Part shown: positions 1-8,151 of the stretch, in pieces | Layout of the letters: every line of letters starts with the position of its first letter | How positions within the stretch are numbered: position 1 is the stretch's first letter | NCBI GenBank assembly: GCA_041494705.1 | Contig: JBGQBI010000005.1 | Coordinates: 230,199 to 262,198, forward strand | Source: Candidatus Methanoperedens sp. | GTDB taxonomy: Archaea; Halobacteriota; Methanosarcinia; Methanosarcinales; Methanoperedenaceae | Direction: 5' to 3' | Length of the DNA stretch: 32,000 nucleotides | Notes under the pieces: generated by a model | What the model was told of the DNA's origin: nothing | What the model saw: only the letters and a program-made list of their open reading frames with translations | The model's database searches: none | Translations under genes and position numbers: made by a program

Positions 1-540
1 GCTGCTCCAGTAAATGCCCTTTCTGAAATCGCAAAGTTCACAGGCGGCAAGCTTTATGAAGAGCATGTGGATGTTTTCAAGCACACTCTGGAAGAGGTAG
101 AAAACATTGTCAGGCAAGTGGAATTAAAATACGGAGGTTACGCCTTCATGCCTCCCGCCTCCACATATCACAAGTTCATGACAGGTCTTCAGGGCGGCAA
201 GATGTCAAGCAGCATCCCTGAGAGCTACATCGCCCTCACCGAAAAACCGGAAGAAGGGGCAAAGAAGGTTATGCGCGCAAAAACAGGCGGCAGGGTGACG
301 CTTGAGGAGCAAAAGAAACTGGGAGGCGAACCCGACCAATGCACAGTATATGAGTTACTGCTCTACCACCTTGTCGAAGATGATAACGAACTTCTTGAAA
401 TCTATAAGGACTGCGTGGGAGGCACGCGCGTGTGCGGCAACTGCAAGAAACATGCTGCCGAGCTTATGCGTGATTTCCTGAAGGAGCACCAGGAGAAGAG
501 GGAGCTTGCAAGAGAGAGGCTGGGCGAGTTCGGGCTTTAA
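1..540 (+). CDS. trpS: Tryptophanyl-tRNA synthetase, C-terminal part (5' end lies outside the window)
   Basis: Frame 1 is open from base 1. It has the class-I aaRS KMSKS-type loop as GGKMSSS, then [19 protein letters not shown] and a C-terminal CGNCKK motif, as in archaeal/eukaryal-type TrpRS. Confidence 0.8.
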   Translation, partial: AAPVNALSEIAKFTGGKLYEEHVDVFKHTLEEVENIVRQVELKYGGYAFMPPASTYHKFMTGLQGGKMSSSIPESYIALTEKPEEGAKKVMRAKTGGRVTLEEQKKLGGEPDQCTVYELLLYHLVEDDNELLEIYKDCVGGTRVCGNCKKHAAELMRDFLKEHQEKRELARERLGEFGL

Positions 541-555
541 AAATCCCTGATTATT

Positions 556-1722
556 TTAACTCCACAACTGCCCGCCCAGTATCGCTTCAGTCCTATCATT
601 GGTACTCTGGTGCATTTTCCTGATTCTTACGAGGTATTCATTCCCCCTCAGTTGCGGTTCTTCAAAAACAGCATCCACACCCACTAATTTCAGGTAGTCC
701 TCAAATTCCTTTACGGTATCAAGGCTCTTCACCCTTATCTGCACGTTCTCGGCAATACGTTCGCCATCTTTTTTCTTTTTAATGGTTTTTATCATGGGCA
801 AAAGAAGACTTTCCCCGAGCTGCCTGCACCTTTTTTCCACGCTCTCCTCATCCTCGCCCCATTCAACAGACTGGAAGGCTTCCCTGCATACCCTTCCGAA
901 GAAAAAATCCCGCCCGAAATCATTGTAGAATTCAAAAGCGTATCTCAAGTCTGCGCAGTTGCTCTCTGAACTTGTGTACTTTACCGAGGGAAGAATCATT
1001 TGCGGGTCTTTGACAACCACCCCTTCATGCATCGAACCGCCTAATTCCTTGATAATCCGCGAAATCCCGGTATGCGCTTCCCCGATTTCAAACTCCCCGA
1101 AAAGCCTGACTGATTTTATACCGTACTTATCCACAAGCGCCCGCCGTTTCATCACAGGCAGGGGTTTCCCTGTTATCTTCTCTCTTATGTCAAAAACAAA
1201 AAAATCAAGGGACTCTATATCATAAAATGTTTTTGGCACATACGGGCTGTCCGGGCCTACCATCTCCCCGCACAGCACAAGTTCAGGATGATCCTTGAAA
1301 AAATCATATCCGATGAGGTCAATTGCTTTCTCGGTTGTATAAGGACAAATAAAACCGCCGCGCGTGAGAGCAACGAGCGCATCGCCGATTAACGCCACCC
1401 TGACATTGTAGCCGTTCATCTTCTCCTCCACTGCCACTGTCCCGCATGAAGAGAAATGCCTTTGCAGGGCAGGAGATAGCATCAATGTCCGCGAAATCTT
1501 GGGAAACCCGCGCACTATATCAAACGGTTTGGTGAATACCGATGTGCCTCCTTCAATCAAGGAAACAGGTTTATCGAACCTGAATAATTCTTTCTTTCCC
1601 CATACATACTGTATTGTCTTTCTTTTCAGCGCGCCTGTTATCCTGTGTTCGGGAATATCCAGTAGTTCGGATACTTTTCCTATATCCAGTTTATTGGCAA
1701 ATTGTGAGACATCCCGTCTCAT
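556..1722 (-). CDS. ATP-dependent RNA ligase, Rnl3 family (Pab1020/MthRnl-like)
   Basis: 388 aa. Nucleotidyltransferase motif I is EEKMNGYNVRV (adenylylated Lys), followed by ALTRGGFICPYTTE and LCGEMVGPDSPYV. These blocks closely resemble the Pyrococcus Pab1020 sequence as I recall it. The start overlaps the upstream CBS gene stop (ATGA at 1719-1722). Confidence 0.85.
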   Translation of the reverse strand: MRRDVSQFANKLDIGKVSELLDIPEHRITGALKRKTIQYVWGKKELFRFDKPVSLIEGGTSVFTKPFDIVRGFPKISRTLMLSPALQRHFSSCGTVAVEEKMNGYNVRVALIGDALVALTRGGFICPYTTEKAIDLIGYDFFKDHPELVLCGEMVGPDSPYVPKTFYDIESLDFFVFDIREKITGKPLPVMKRRALVDKYGIKSVRLFGEFEIGEAHTGISRIIKELGGSMHEGVVVKDPQMILPSVKYTSSESNCADLRYAFEFYNDFGRDFFFGRVCREAFQSVEWGEDEESVEKRCRQLGESLLLPMIKTIKKKKDGERIAENVQIRVKSLDTVKEFEDYLKLVGVDAVFEEPQLRGNEYLVRIRKMHQSTNDRTEAILGGQLWS

Positions 1723-2501
1723 CCTTTCTCCGCCAGATGCTTGATAATCGCTCTCCTGCTGATTACGCCCACCAGCTCGTCCTTGAGATTAAGAACAGGC
1801 ACCCCGCCAATATTCTCATCCAGCATCAATGATACGACCTCGGAAATAGGTGTATTCGTTCTTACGGATTTCACACTCCTGGTCATGATATCACCCACAA
1901 TAATGTTGCGGATTCTCCCATCCTGCTGATTATCCGGTACGAGGTCCCTGAAATTCATCATCGCCTTTGCAACATCACGCTCGGTGATGATTCCTACGAT
2001 ATCGCTATTTTCAACTACAGGCACCCTTCCGATATCGTTGTCCAGCATTATGCGCCTTGCGTGCGCGACCCTGTCTCCGGGGCTTACGGATATGGGTTCT
2101 TTCATTATCTCGGCTGCATATCCTTTCACGCCCTTTGCGCTTTTTAATATCTCATGCGGTGTCACCCATCCAAGAATATTGCCATTATCAGTCACGACGA
2201 GTATTCCCCCTTTCCTGTCCATCAATGCAATCGCATCTTCAATACCCGTATCGGAAAGGACTTTCGCGAACAAATCCGTTGTGGCGGCAGCAACATGCAG
2301 CGATGATGCGGGAAGATTCGATGTCTTCCATGTCCCGAGCTTCCGGGCTATGCTCCTCATCGTAATTACACCGGTGAGTTCGCTTCCGTTAGTCACCAGC
2401 AGCCTGCGTGTATCATGCTTATCCATCAAGTCCATTGCATGTGAAAGTTTGTCAGACTTATGCACCGAAACAGGTTCACTCATTATGTCTTTTACCTTCA
2501 T
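1719..2501 (-). CDS. CBS-domain protein, four CBS motifs (two Bateman modules)
   Basis: 260 aa with four repeats of the CBS pattern (..IM..PV.V......A..LM....I..LPV.....L.GIIT..DI..). G-h-h-T/S-x-x-D ribose-phosphate sites are present (GVITMRSI, GIITERDV, GVISRRAI). Confidence 0.9.
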   Translation of the reverse strand: MKVKDIMSEPVSVHKSDKLSHAMDLMDKHDTRRLLVTNGSELTGVITMRSIARKLGTWKTSNLPASSLHVAAATTDLFAKVLSDTGIEDAIALMDRKGGILVVTDNGNILGWVTPHEILKSAKGVKGYAAEIMKEPISVSPGDRVAHARRIMLDNDIGRVPVVENSDIVGIITERDVAKAMMNFRDLVPDNQQDGRIRNIIVGDIMTRSVKSVRTNTPISEVVSLMLDENIGGVPVLNLKDELVGVISRRAIIKHLAEKG

Positions 2502-2510
2502 GTTATCATC

Positions 2511-3359
2511 TCACATTGTCATTATTGATTTCACTATATTCTCACCGGTCAATATCCCCATAACCCCATTGCCCGCCACGGGCAGACCGTTTATTCTCTC
2601 TTTTACCATTATGCCTGCGGCATACGTTGCCAGGTCATCGCTCTTAATCGAAATAATCGGGCTTGACATGATGTCCTCGGCGACGAGGGGCACTTCCTCT
2701 ATATACCTGTTCTGTTTCCTTCCGGCTGCGCTTTCCTTACGCGTCATCTTTATTTCTTTTTGAGGGAGACCGCCTCTTTTATTTTTCATCTCCGTGAACG
2801 TGAGATTGGAACTTGTAATAATCCCAACCGGCATATCATTTTCTTCAAGAACCACTGCCCTATCTATCATATTTGCATCAAGTTCGTGAAGTATGTGGCT
2901 TATCGTGTGATGCCTGTGAACGGTTAATGCAGGTTCAATTTTCAAATCCTTGACTTTCAGGTCAAGATCCAGAGTTGAGAAATATCTGATTAAGTCCCAT
3001 TTTGTGACTATGCCTATCACTTCATTCTTATTGTTGACAACCGGCAACCCGCCAATATTATTTTCATTCATCAATTCTGCAAGCTGCTTTGGTGTCGCCT
3101 CAGGGAATATCGTTATCAGGCTCTCTGTCATGACTTTTCTTACAGGTATATCATCAATCGGCCGCCTGCGCCACTGCGGCTCGGCCTGGTTAAGCCTCCT
3201 GCTTATGTCTTTCTTGGTCACAACCCCAATGGGCTTGTTATTCTCAACGATTACAAGCCTTCCGATTCTGTGGCGAAGCATCAGGTTCCTGGCTCTCGCG
3301 ACATTCTCATCCGGCGATACTACATAGACTGGTGCGCTCATTATATCCTTGATTTTCAT
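2511..3359 (-). CDS. CBS-domain protein, four CBS motifs
   Basis: 282 aa with four CBS repeats (GVVTKKDI, GIVTKWDL, GIITSSNL, GILTGENI). A 9-nt SD-bearing spacer lies on each side. Confidence 0.9.
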   Translation of the reverse strand: MKIKDIMSAPVYVVSPDENVARARNLMLRHRIGRLVIVENNKPIGVVTKKDISRRLNQAEPQWRRRPIDDIPVRKVMTESLITIFPEATPKQLAELMNENNIGGLPVVNNKNEVIGIVTKWDLIRYFSTLDLDLKVKDLKIEPALTVHRHHTISHILHELDANMIDRAVVLEENDMPVGIITSSNLTFTEMKNKRGGLPQKEIKMTRKESAAGRKQNRYIEEVPLVAEDIMSSPIISIKSDDLATYAAGIMVKERINGLPVAGNGVMGILTGENIVKSIMTM

Positions 3360-3368
3360 AAAAACCTC

Positions 3369-4304
3369 TTAATCCGCCATTGCCCTGACAAAATCCCGTT
3401 CTGTTATGATGCCCTTAAGTTCGCCTTCTTCAAGCACTGGAAGCGAACCGACATTCTTATCAAGCATGACGCTTGCAGCCTCTCCTAAATCCACATCAGA
3501 TTTCGTAAAAATTACATCTCTTCTTATAAGAGTGCTGATGGGTACTTCAAAAACCTCTCTGGCGTTTCCGGTAACAAGCCGGTTGAACATGTCGCCGCTT
3601 CCCAGGAAACGCATAATGTCAGAAGCCGTAATTATGCCTATCAGGACATTATCCCGGATTACGGGAAGTCTCCTGAAACCATTATTTATCATGGATTTTG
3701 CTGCAATCCCGATTGACATATCGGCCGGGGCGGTTACTATATTTTTGCTCATGTATTCATCTATTGTCTTGCCCGTGATAATTCCGGATATCAGAAAAAC
3801 AAAGTCCCTTTCTGAGATGATGGATTTTACTCTCTCCTCTCCGTCAAGGATGGGAATCCCGCCGATATTTTCTTTTATCATCGTATCCATTGCATCCTTA
3901 AGCGAATCTTTTTCATTGAGCGTTACAACATTCTCTTCCATTATCTCGCTTATACTGCCGTTAACGGCTGCAAGCAGGTTTCCTTTGAACCTGTTCTTTA
4001 CTATAAGGTTTCTTTGACCGCCTCCAAGAAAATCCACAATATCCTGCGAGGTCACTATTCCTTTTAGGCGGCTGGTACCCGCATCAACCACCGGGAGTCT
4101 CCTGAAACCGTGCTTCAACATGGTCTTGACTGCCTCAATCACCGGCATCGTAGGGGGTATTGTCACAACTTCCCTTGATGCTACTGTCATTATATCGCCA
4201 GATTTTTCAGAAATCCTTGATTTAAAATCAATTGGCGCCATATTCCGCATATACCCTCTGGGGTCCTGTTGTTTTTTTTTCATGGTTATGTTGCTAAAAT
4301 TCAT
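3369..4304 (-). CDS. CBS-domain protein, four CBS motifs (gamma-AMPK/MJ1225-like architecture)
   Basis: 311 aa with four CBS repeats. GFRRLPVV/GFRRLPVI signatures are reminiscent of AMPK-gamma-like stand-alone CBS proteins. An alternative start further in (MKKK..) is possible. Confidence 0.88.
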   Translation of the reverse strand: MNFSNITMKKKQQDPRGYMRNMAPIDFKSRISEKSGDIMTVASREVVTIPPTMPVIEAVKTMLKHGFRRLPVVDAGTSRLKGIVTSQDIVDFLGGGQRNLIVKNRFKGNLLAAVNGSISEIMEENVVTLNEKDSLKDAMDTMIKENIGGIPILDGEERVKSIISERDFVFLISGIITGKTIDEYMSKNIVTAPADMSIGIAAKSMINNGFRRLPVIRDNVLIGIITASDIMRFLGSGDMFNRLVTGNAREVFEVPISTLIRRDVIFTKSDVDLGEAASVMLDKNVGSLPVLEEGELKGIITERDFVRAMAD

Positions 4305-4313
4305 AAAGCACCT

Positions 4314-5087
4314 TTAGATGAACGCTTTGATTATATCACTTCTATCAACTATACCTGCAAGTTTCCCGCCATTGACTACAGAAAGCCTCCCTACATCAAG
4401 CTTCATAAAAGCCTGTACCGCTTCCTTCAAACTCGTTTCAGGAGTTAAAGAATATGCAGGAGTGCTCATAATCTTTTCTACAGGCGGCGACATGGAAGAC
4501 CTCGTCCCCTGCTCATCCTCCCTCTCGATTCTCGCATAGCCTGCGTTGATAATATTACGCCGGGTGACCATTCCGATAAGTTTGTCATTTTTTACCACGG
4601 GCAAACCTGAAAAACCTGTTTCTTTCATGTTCAGCCAGACTTTGGCAACATTGTCCTTAGAAGAACATGTTTTTACATCGGTGGTCATTACCTCGCTTAT
4701 CTTCTTTGAAGGAATTTTATCTAAGTCAAGGTTCCTGAAAATATCAACCATGCTCAAAATACCTGCAAGCGTCATATCCTGCCCGGATTTCAATACAGGA
4801 GTGCGACCCACGCCTGCCTCTATCATCAATCTGGCAGCCTGCATCATATCCATATCAGGATATACAAACGGGAACTCAGACATGAATCCTTCAACTGTTA
4901 CATTTGATTTTGTGGAATATATGTTCAACAATTCCTTCTCATTTAATATCCCGATGACCCTGTTCTTATTATCCACCACTGGCACCGTGCGAAAATGCCT
5001 GTCCCTCATCAACTGGCGCGCATGTGTCATAAATTCTGTACCGTGAATAAAAACAGGGTTTTTGGTCATTACATTTTTTACTTTCAT
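4314..5087 (-). CDS. CBS-domain protein, four CBS motifs
   Basis: 257 aa with four CBS repeats (GILNEKEL, GILSMVDI, GMVTRRNI, GIVDRSDI). GGAG lies upstream of the ATG. Confidence 0.9.
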   Translation of the reverse strand: MKVKNVMTKNPVFIHGTEFMTHARQLMRDRHFRTVPVVDNKNRVIGILNEKELLNIYSTKSNVTVEGFMSEFPFVYPDMDMMQAARLMIEAGVGRTPVLKSGQDMTLAGILSMVDIFRNLDLDKIPSKKISEVMTTDVKTCSSKDNVAKVWLNMKETGFSGLPVVKNDKLIGMVTRRNIINAGYARIEREDEQGTRSSMSPPVEKIMSTPAYSLTPETSLKEAVQAFMKLDVGRLSVVNGGKLAGIVDRSDIIKAFI

Positions 5088-5153
5088 AGTCTCATACTCC
5101 TTTTATTGCGCATATATTTGTTACTTAAATAAAATCCCAAATTTACTGCGTCT

Positions 5154-5702
5154 TTAAGTCTCTCTGCAACTCTCACAAAGAAGTTTTCCATCTACAAGTA
5201 ACAGGGTATCAACATTATCGCCGCATTCCTCGCATATCCCACGATTGATATTTTGAGGAACCTCCATTGAAAAAACCTTCTCCCGGTGCATCTTGATGAG
5301 GTCGGAGAAAATACTGCCCATCTCGGCTGAAATCGCGATGAGGTCGGTATCCGTGACGATGCCCACGAGTTTCCCATTTTCCACAACAGGTAATCGCCTT
5401 ATCTCCATTTTCACCATCTTATGCATGGTATCGGTAACATCCTCTTCGGTATTTATGGTTATCAGGGGAGTGGTCATCAATTCTCTCATGGAAATATCCT
5501 CCGGTTTAAGATTCCTGGATACGATTTTCCTGACAATATCACGCTCTGTGATTATTCCAACCGGTTGCTTTCTATCTGTGATAATGATGCTGCCAACATC
5601 ATAGTCTAACATTTTTTTTGCTAATTTCTGGACATCACTTTTTATGTCAATGGTAACTACATCCCTGGTCATTATTTCTTTTACCGGCATCTTAACTTCC
5701 AT
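5154..5702 (-). CDS. CBS-pair protein with C-terminal zinc-ribbon
   Basis: 182 aa with two CBS motifs and then C-terminal CEEC..(16 aa)..CESC, a four-Cys ribbon. A strong SD (GGGAGGAT) sits 4 nt upstream of the ATG at 5702. Confidence 0.88.
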   Translation of the reverse strand: MEVKMPVKEIMTRDVVTIDIKSDVQKLAKKMLDYDVGSIIITDRKQPVGIITERDIVRKIVSRNLKPEDISMRELMTTPLITINTEEDVTDTMHKMVKMEIRRLPVVENGKLVGIVTDTDLIAISAEMGSIFSDLIKMHREKVFSMEVPQNINRGICEECGDNVDTLLLVDGKLLCESCRET

Positions 5703-5822
5703 AGTAATCCTCCCTATACGTAACTATGTATTTTGATGTGTTTAAATGTTATGTTAGCTGCTACTAATATGGCATCAAGTTAAAAATAAATACAATATTT
5801 CGATTTTAACCGGCTTTCCGCC

Positions 5823-6233
5823 CTATTCTTTTAGCATCCTGACCATTTTTATTGCAGCCTCGACTGCCCGCTTTGCGTACTCCACGCGCTCATGAGCATC
5901 AAGCCTGCTCATTCCAGGGCCTGATATTCCAAGAGTTATGGGTTTCCCGTATTCAAGAGCAAGGTCGGCTATCTTCCTTGAGGCGTGCTGTATAACTATC
6001 TCATCGTGTTTTGTCGCTCCCTGTATCACGCACCCTATTGTGACTACGGCATCAATTGTTTCATCCTCGGCAAGTTTTTTTACTGCAAGGGGCATGTCAA
6101 AAACCCCAGGGACGTATAATATTTTCCCAACAGAAGCTCCAAGAAAAGCTGCATGTTCTTTTCCAAGGGTCTCCATCTGGATTGTTAAATCACGATTGAA
6201 TTCTGAAACCACAAATCCTAATTTTATACTCAT
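5823..6233 (-). CDS. ribH: 6,7-dimethyl-8-ribityllumazine synthase (archaeal type)
   Basis: 136 aa. LGFVVSEFNRDLT, VPGVFDMPLAVKKL, DAVVTIGCVIQGATKHDEIV and KPITLGISGPGM closely match the archaeal lumazine synthase (MJ0303-like) pattern. Confidence 0.88.
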   Translation of the reverse strand: MSIKLGFVVSEFNRDLTIQMETLGKEHAAFLGASVGKILYVPGVFDMPLAVKKLAEDETIDAVVTIGCVIQGATKHDEIVIQHASRKIADLALEYGKPITLGISGPGMSRLDAHERVEYAKRAVEAAIKMVRMLKE

Positions 6234-6363
6234 TTTAGCACCTGAATTTGTTATATTATTTGATTCATCTATATATTTTTCGATAGAGTTTTTTGGCTAA
6301 AAGCCCGGCGTTCGATACTACGGCATGAATCCATGAAACATTTATATCCCTTATTAATGTATG

Positions 6364-6412
6364 AAAAACTTTAGGAAAGTTTTATCAAAAGAAGGGGATA
6401 TTTTATATCCCC
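6364..6412 (+). repeat. Intergenic repeat copy 1: BRE/TATA-like arm plus 8-bp hairpin, upstream of ilvC
   Basis: AAAAACTTTAGGAAAGTTTTATCAAAAGAAGGGG followed by the hairpin GGGGATAT-TTT-ATATCCCC. The arm matches copy 2 at 31 of 35 aligned positions. Confidence 0.7.
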
Positions 6413-6465
6413 TATACGTCCTAAAGGGGCGTAACCATTTATGAAAGGAGAAGAAGGAACCAATT

Positions 6466-7461
6466 ATGGTGAAAATATTCTATGACAAGGATGCAGACTT
6501 AAACGTATTGAAGAATAAGACCATTGCAGTAATCGGTTATGGCAGCCAGGGAGCAGGACAGGCGCAGAATCTTCATGATTCAGGACTCGATGTTATAGTG
6601 GGCGTCCGCAAGGGCGGCGAATCCTGGGCGCAGGCAAAGACTGACGGTCTCTCAGTGACGACAATGGCAGACGCGGCTAAAAAGGGAGATTTAATCCAGA
6701 TTCTTGTGCCGGATGAGATACAGGGCGCTATCTACTCAAGCGAAATCGCCCCCAACATCAGCAAAGGCAAAACGCTGTGTTTCTCGCACGGCTTTAATAT
6801 CCATTTTAACCAGATTGTGCCACCAAAGGACGTGGATGTAATAATGGTCGCACCTAAAGGACCCGGCTTCCTTGTAAGGCGCACTTATACCGAGGGCAAC
6901 GGCGTTCCTGGGCTTCTTGCCATATACCAGGACGCTTCCGGCTCGGCGTGGGATACGGGCATGGCTTATGCGAAAGGCATCGGAGCCACACGTGCCGGCG
7001 TGATAGAGACTACTTTCAAGGAGGAGACCGAGACTGACCTTTTTGGCGAGCAGGTTGACCTGTGCGGCGGCTGCGCGAGCATGATAAAGGCATCCTTTGA
7101 GACGCTTGTCGAGGCGGGATACCAGCCAGAGATTGCATATTTTGAGACATTGCATGAATTAAAACTCATAGTTGACCTGATTCATGAAGGCGGCTTGAGC
7201 AAGATGTGGTATTACGTATCCAACACAGCAGAGTACGGAGGCATGACCGTTGGTCCGAAGATAATAAATGAACAGTCGCGCCTGGCTATGAAAGAGGCGC
7301 TTCGCAGGATTCAGAGCGGGGAGTTCGCCCGCGAGTTCGTGCTTGAAGGCAGGACGAACAGGCCTGTACTGAATGCACTTGAGAGACAGGAGAAAGAGCA
7401 CCAGATAGAGAAGGTGGGGAAAGAACTGCGAGCCATGATGCCGTGGCTTAAAAAAGATTAA
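6466..7461 (+). CDS. ilvC: Ketol-acid reductoisomerase (class I)
   Basis: 331 aa. N-terminal Rossmann motif [17 protein letters not shown], plus GFNIHF, DLFGEQ..LCGG and [14 protein letters not shown] are all typical of IlvC. Confidence 0.95.
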   Translation: MVKIFYDKDADLNVLKNKTIAVIGYGSQGAGQAQNLHDSGLDVIVGVRKGGESWAQAKTDGLSVTTMADAAKKGDLIQILVPDEIQGAIYSSEIAPNISKGKTLCFSHGFNIHFNQIVPPKDVDVIMVAPKGPGFLVRRTYTEGNGVPGLLAIYQDASGSAWDTGMAYAKGIGATRAGVIETTFKEETETDLFGEQVDLCGGCASMIKASFETLVEAGYQPEIAYFETLHELKLIVDLIHEGGLSKMWYYVSNTAEYGGMTVGPKIINEQSRLAMKEALRRIQSGEFAREFVLEGRTNRPVLNALERQEKEHQIEKVGKELRAMMPWLKKD

Positions 7462-7511
7462 AAACCTTTGGGAAAGATTTATCAAACGAAGGGGTATGCG
7501 AAGCATACCCC
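7460..7511 (+). repeat. Intergenic repeat copy 2: same arm, different but compensated 9-bp hairpin, immediately after the ilvC stop
   Basis: AAAAACCTTTGGGAAAGATTTATCAAACGAAGGGG followed by the hairpin GGGGTATGC-GAA-GCATACCCC. It overlaps the ilvC TAA. Confidence 0.7.
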
Positions 7512-7570
7512 AACACTGCGCAAGCCGAAGTATCGGCTTATGATGGCAAATTGCCATCATTTTAGTGTTG
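7511..7570. other. Compact element able to form a three-way junction (candidate small RNA or bidirectional terminator)
   Basis: The outer stem CAACACT(7511-7517)/AGTGTTG(7564-7570) encloses two perfect hairpins: AAGCCGA-agta-TCGGCTT (7522-7539) and GATGGCAA-a-TTGCCATC (7542-7558). An ATTTT run lies inside. The element sits between convergent genes. Confidence 0.4.
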
Positions 7571-7601
7571 AATTACGTCTCAACTTTCAACCGGATAATA
7601 T

Positions 7602-7940
7602 TCAGGTCACAATCACTTTTCCTTTCATGGTTGGATGGATGTGGCACTGATATTCAAATGTCCCGGTCTCGTTAAATGTAAAGCTATATGTCTGTCCCTG
7701 GCTCAATATCGGTGAATCGATATCGTTTCCTATTCCGGTTACAGTGTGCTGCACGCTATCCCGGTTGGTCCACGTCACCGTGGTCCCTTTTGCAATAGTT
7801 ATGGTATCCGGGTTAAATGCATAACCCTTAATCTCCACAGTATTGGCGGCCGCAGGTTGGGTCTGTGTTTTAGGTCCGTATGTGCAACCGCTTGCCAGTA
7901 CGGCGATTATTAAAAAGCTTATTAGCCATATCTTTCCCAT
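7602..7940 (-). CDS. Small type-1 copper (cupredoxin/plastocyanin-like) protein, probable lipoprotein
   Basis: I set the start at the ATG at 7940 (MGKIWLISFLIIAVLASGC, a signal peptide with lipobox Cys), with GGAGGT 5 nt upstream. Copper ligands are intact: H in VQHTVT and C/H/M in YQCHIHPTMKG. Confidence 0.8.
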   Translation of the reverse strand: MGKIWLISFLIIAVLASGCTYGPKTQTQPAAANTVEIKGYAFNPDTITIAKGTTVTWTNRDSVQHTVTGIGNDIDSPILSQGQTYSFTFNETGTFEYQCHIHPTMKGKVIVT

Positions 7941-8112
7941 TTTAACCTCCTTAGAATATACATGCACATATACACTACTTATAATTTTTTGCTTTGGAAT
8001 TATGAGTTCGTTTGACCTGAAAAGTAAAAATGTGACATTATAAATCATGTTATTTTAAAAATGTTGTTAGAAAACTATAAATATTGATGTTATAACATAT
8101 ATGCTGCAAATA

Positions 8113-8135
8113 AATGTGATATATTAATTCACATT
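8113..8135. promoter_or_regulatory. Inverted repeat in the AT-rich promoter region of the HTH/ppsA operon (candidate operator)
   Basis: AATGTGA (8113-8119) - 9 nt - TCACATT (8129-8135), located about 17 nt upstream of the TTG start at 8152 and next to the GGAG RBS. Confidence 0.3.
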
Positions 8136-8151
8136 AATTTAGGAGATTTAC

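Noticed and set aside
1984-2763. 259-aa + strand ORF, together with similar + strand ORFs at 2950-3327, 3406-4017 and 4546-5046.
   Set aside because: They lie antisense to the well-supported CBS genes, and one spans a gene boundary. Their S/L/I/T-rich, low-complexity composition is typical of shadow ORFs, and they have no recognisable motifs.
6394-6428. Possible attenuator upstream of ilvC. CCCCT (6409-6413) could pair either with the upstream GGGG or with the downstream AGGGG (6424-6428).
   Set aside because: The alternative stem is only 5 bp and is not present in repeat copy 2. No leader peptide rich in branched-chain codons is visible.
7159-7560. 133-aa minus-strand ORF covering the ilvC 3' end and the structured spacer.
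   Set aside because: It overlaps ilvC antisense, and the non-overlapping part coincides with the repeat and hairpin elements. It has no RBS and no motif.
7941-8048. N-terminal 36-codon extension of the cupredoxin ORF (track start at 8048).
   Set aside because: The extension runs through AT-rich promoter-like sequence. The internal ATG at 7940 has GGAGGT upstream and opens directly with a signal peptide and lipobox.
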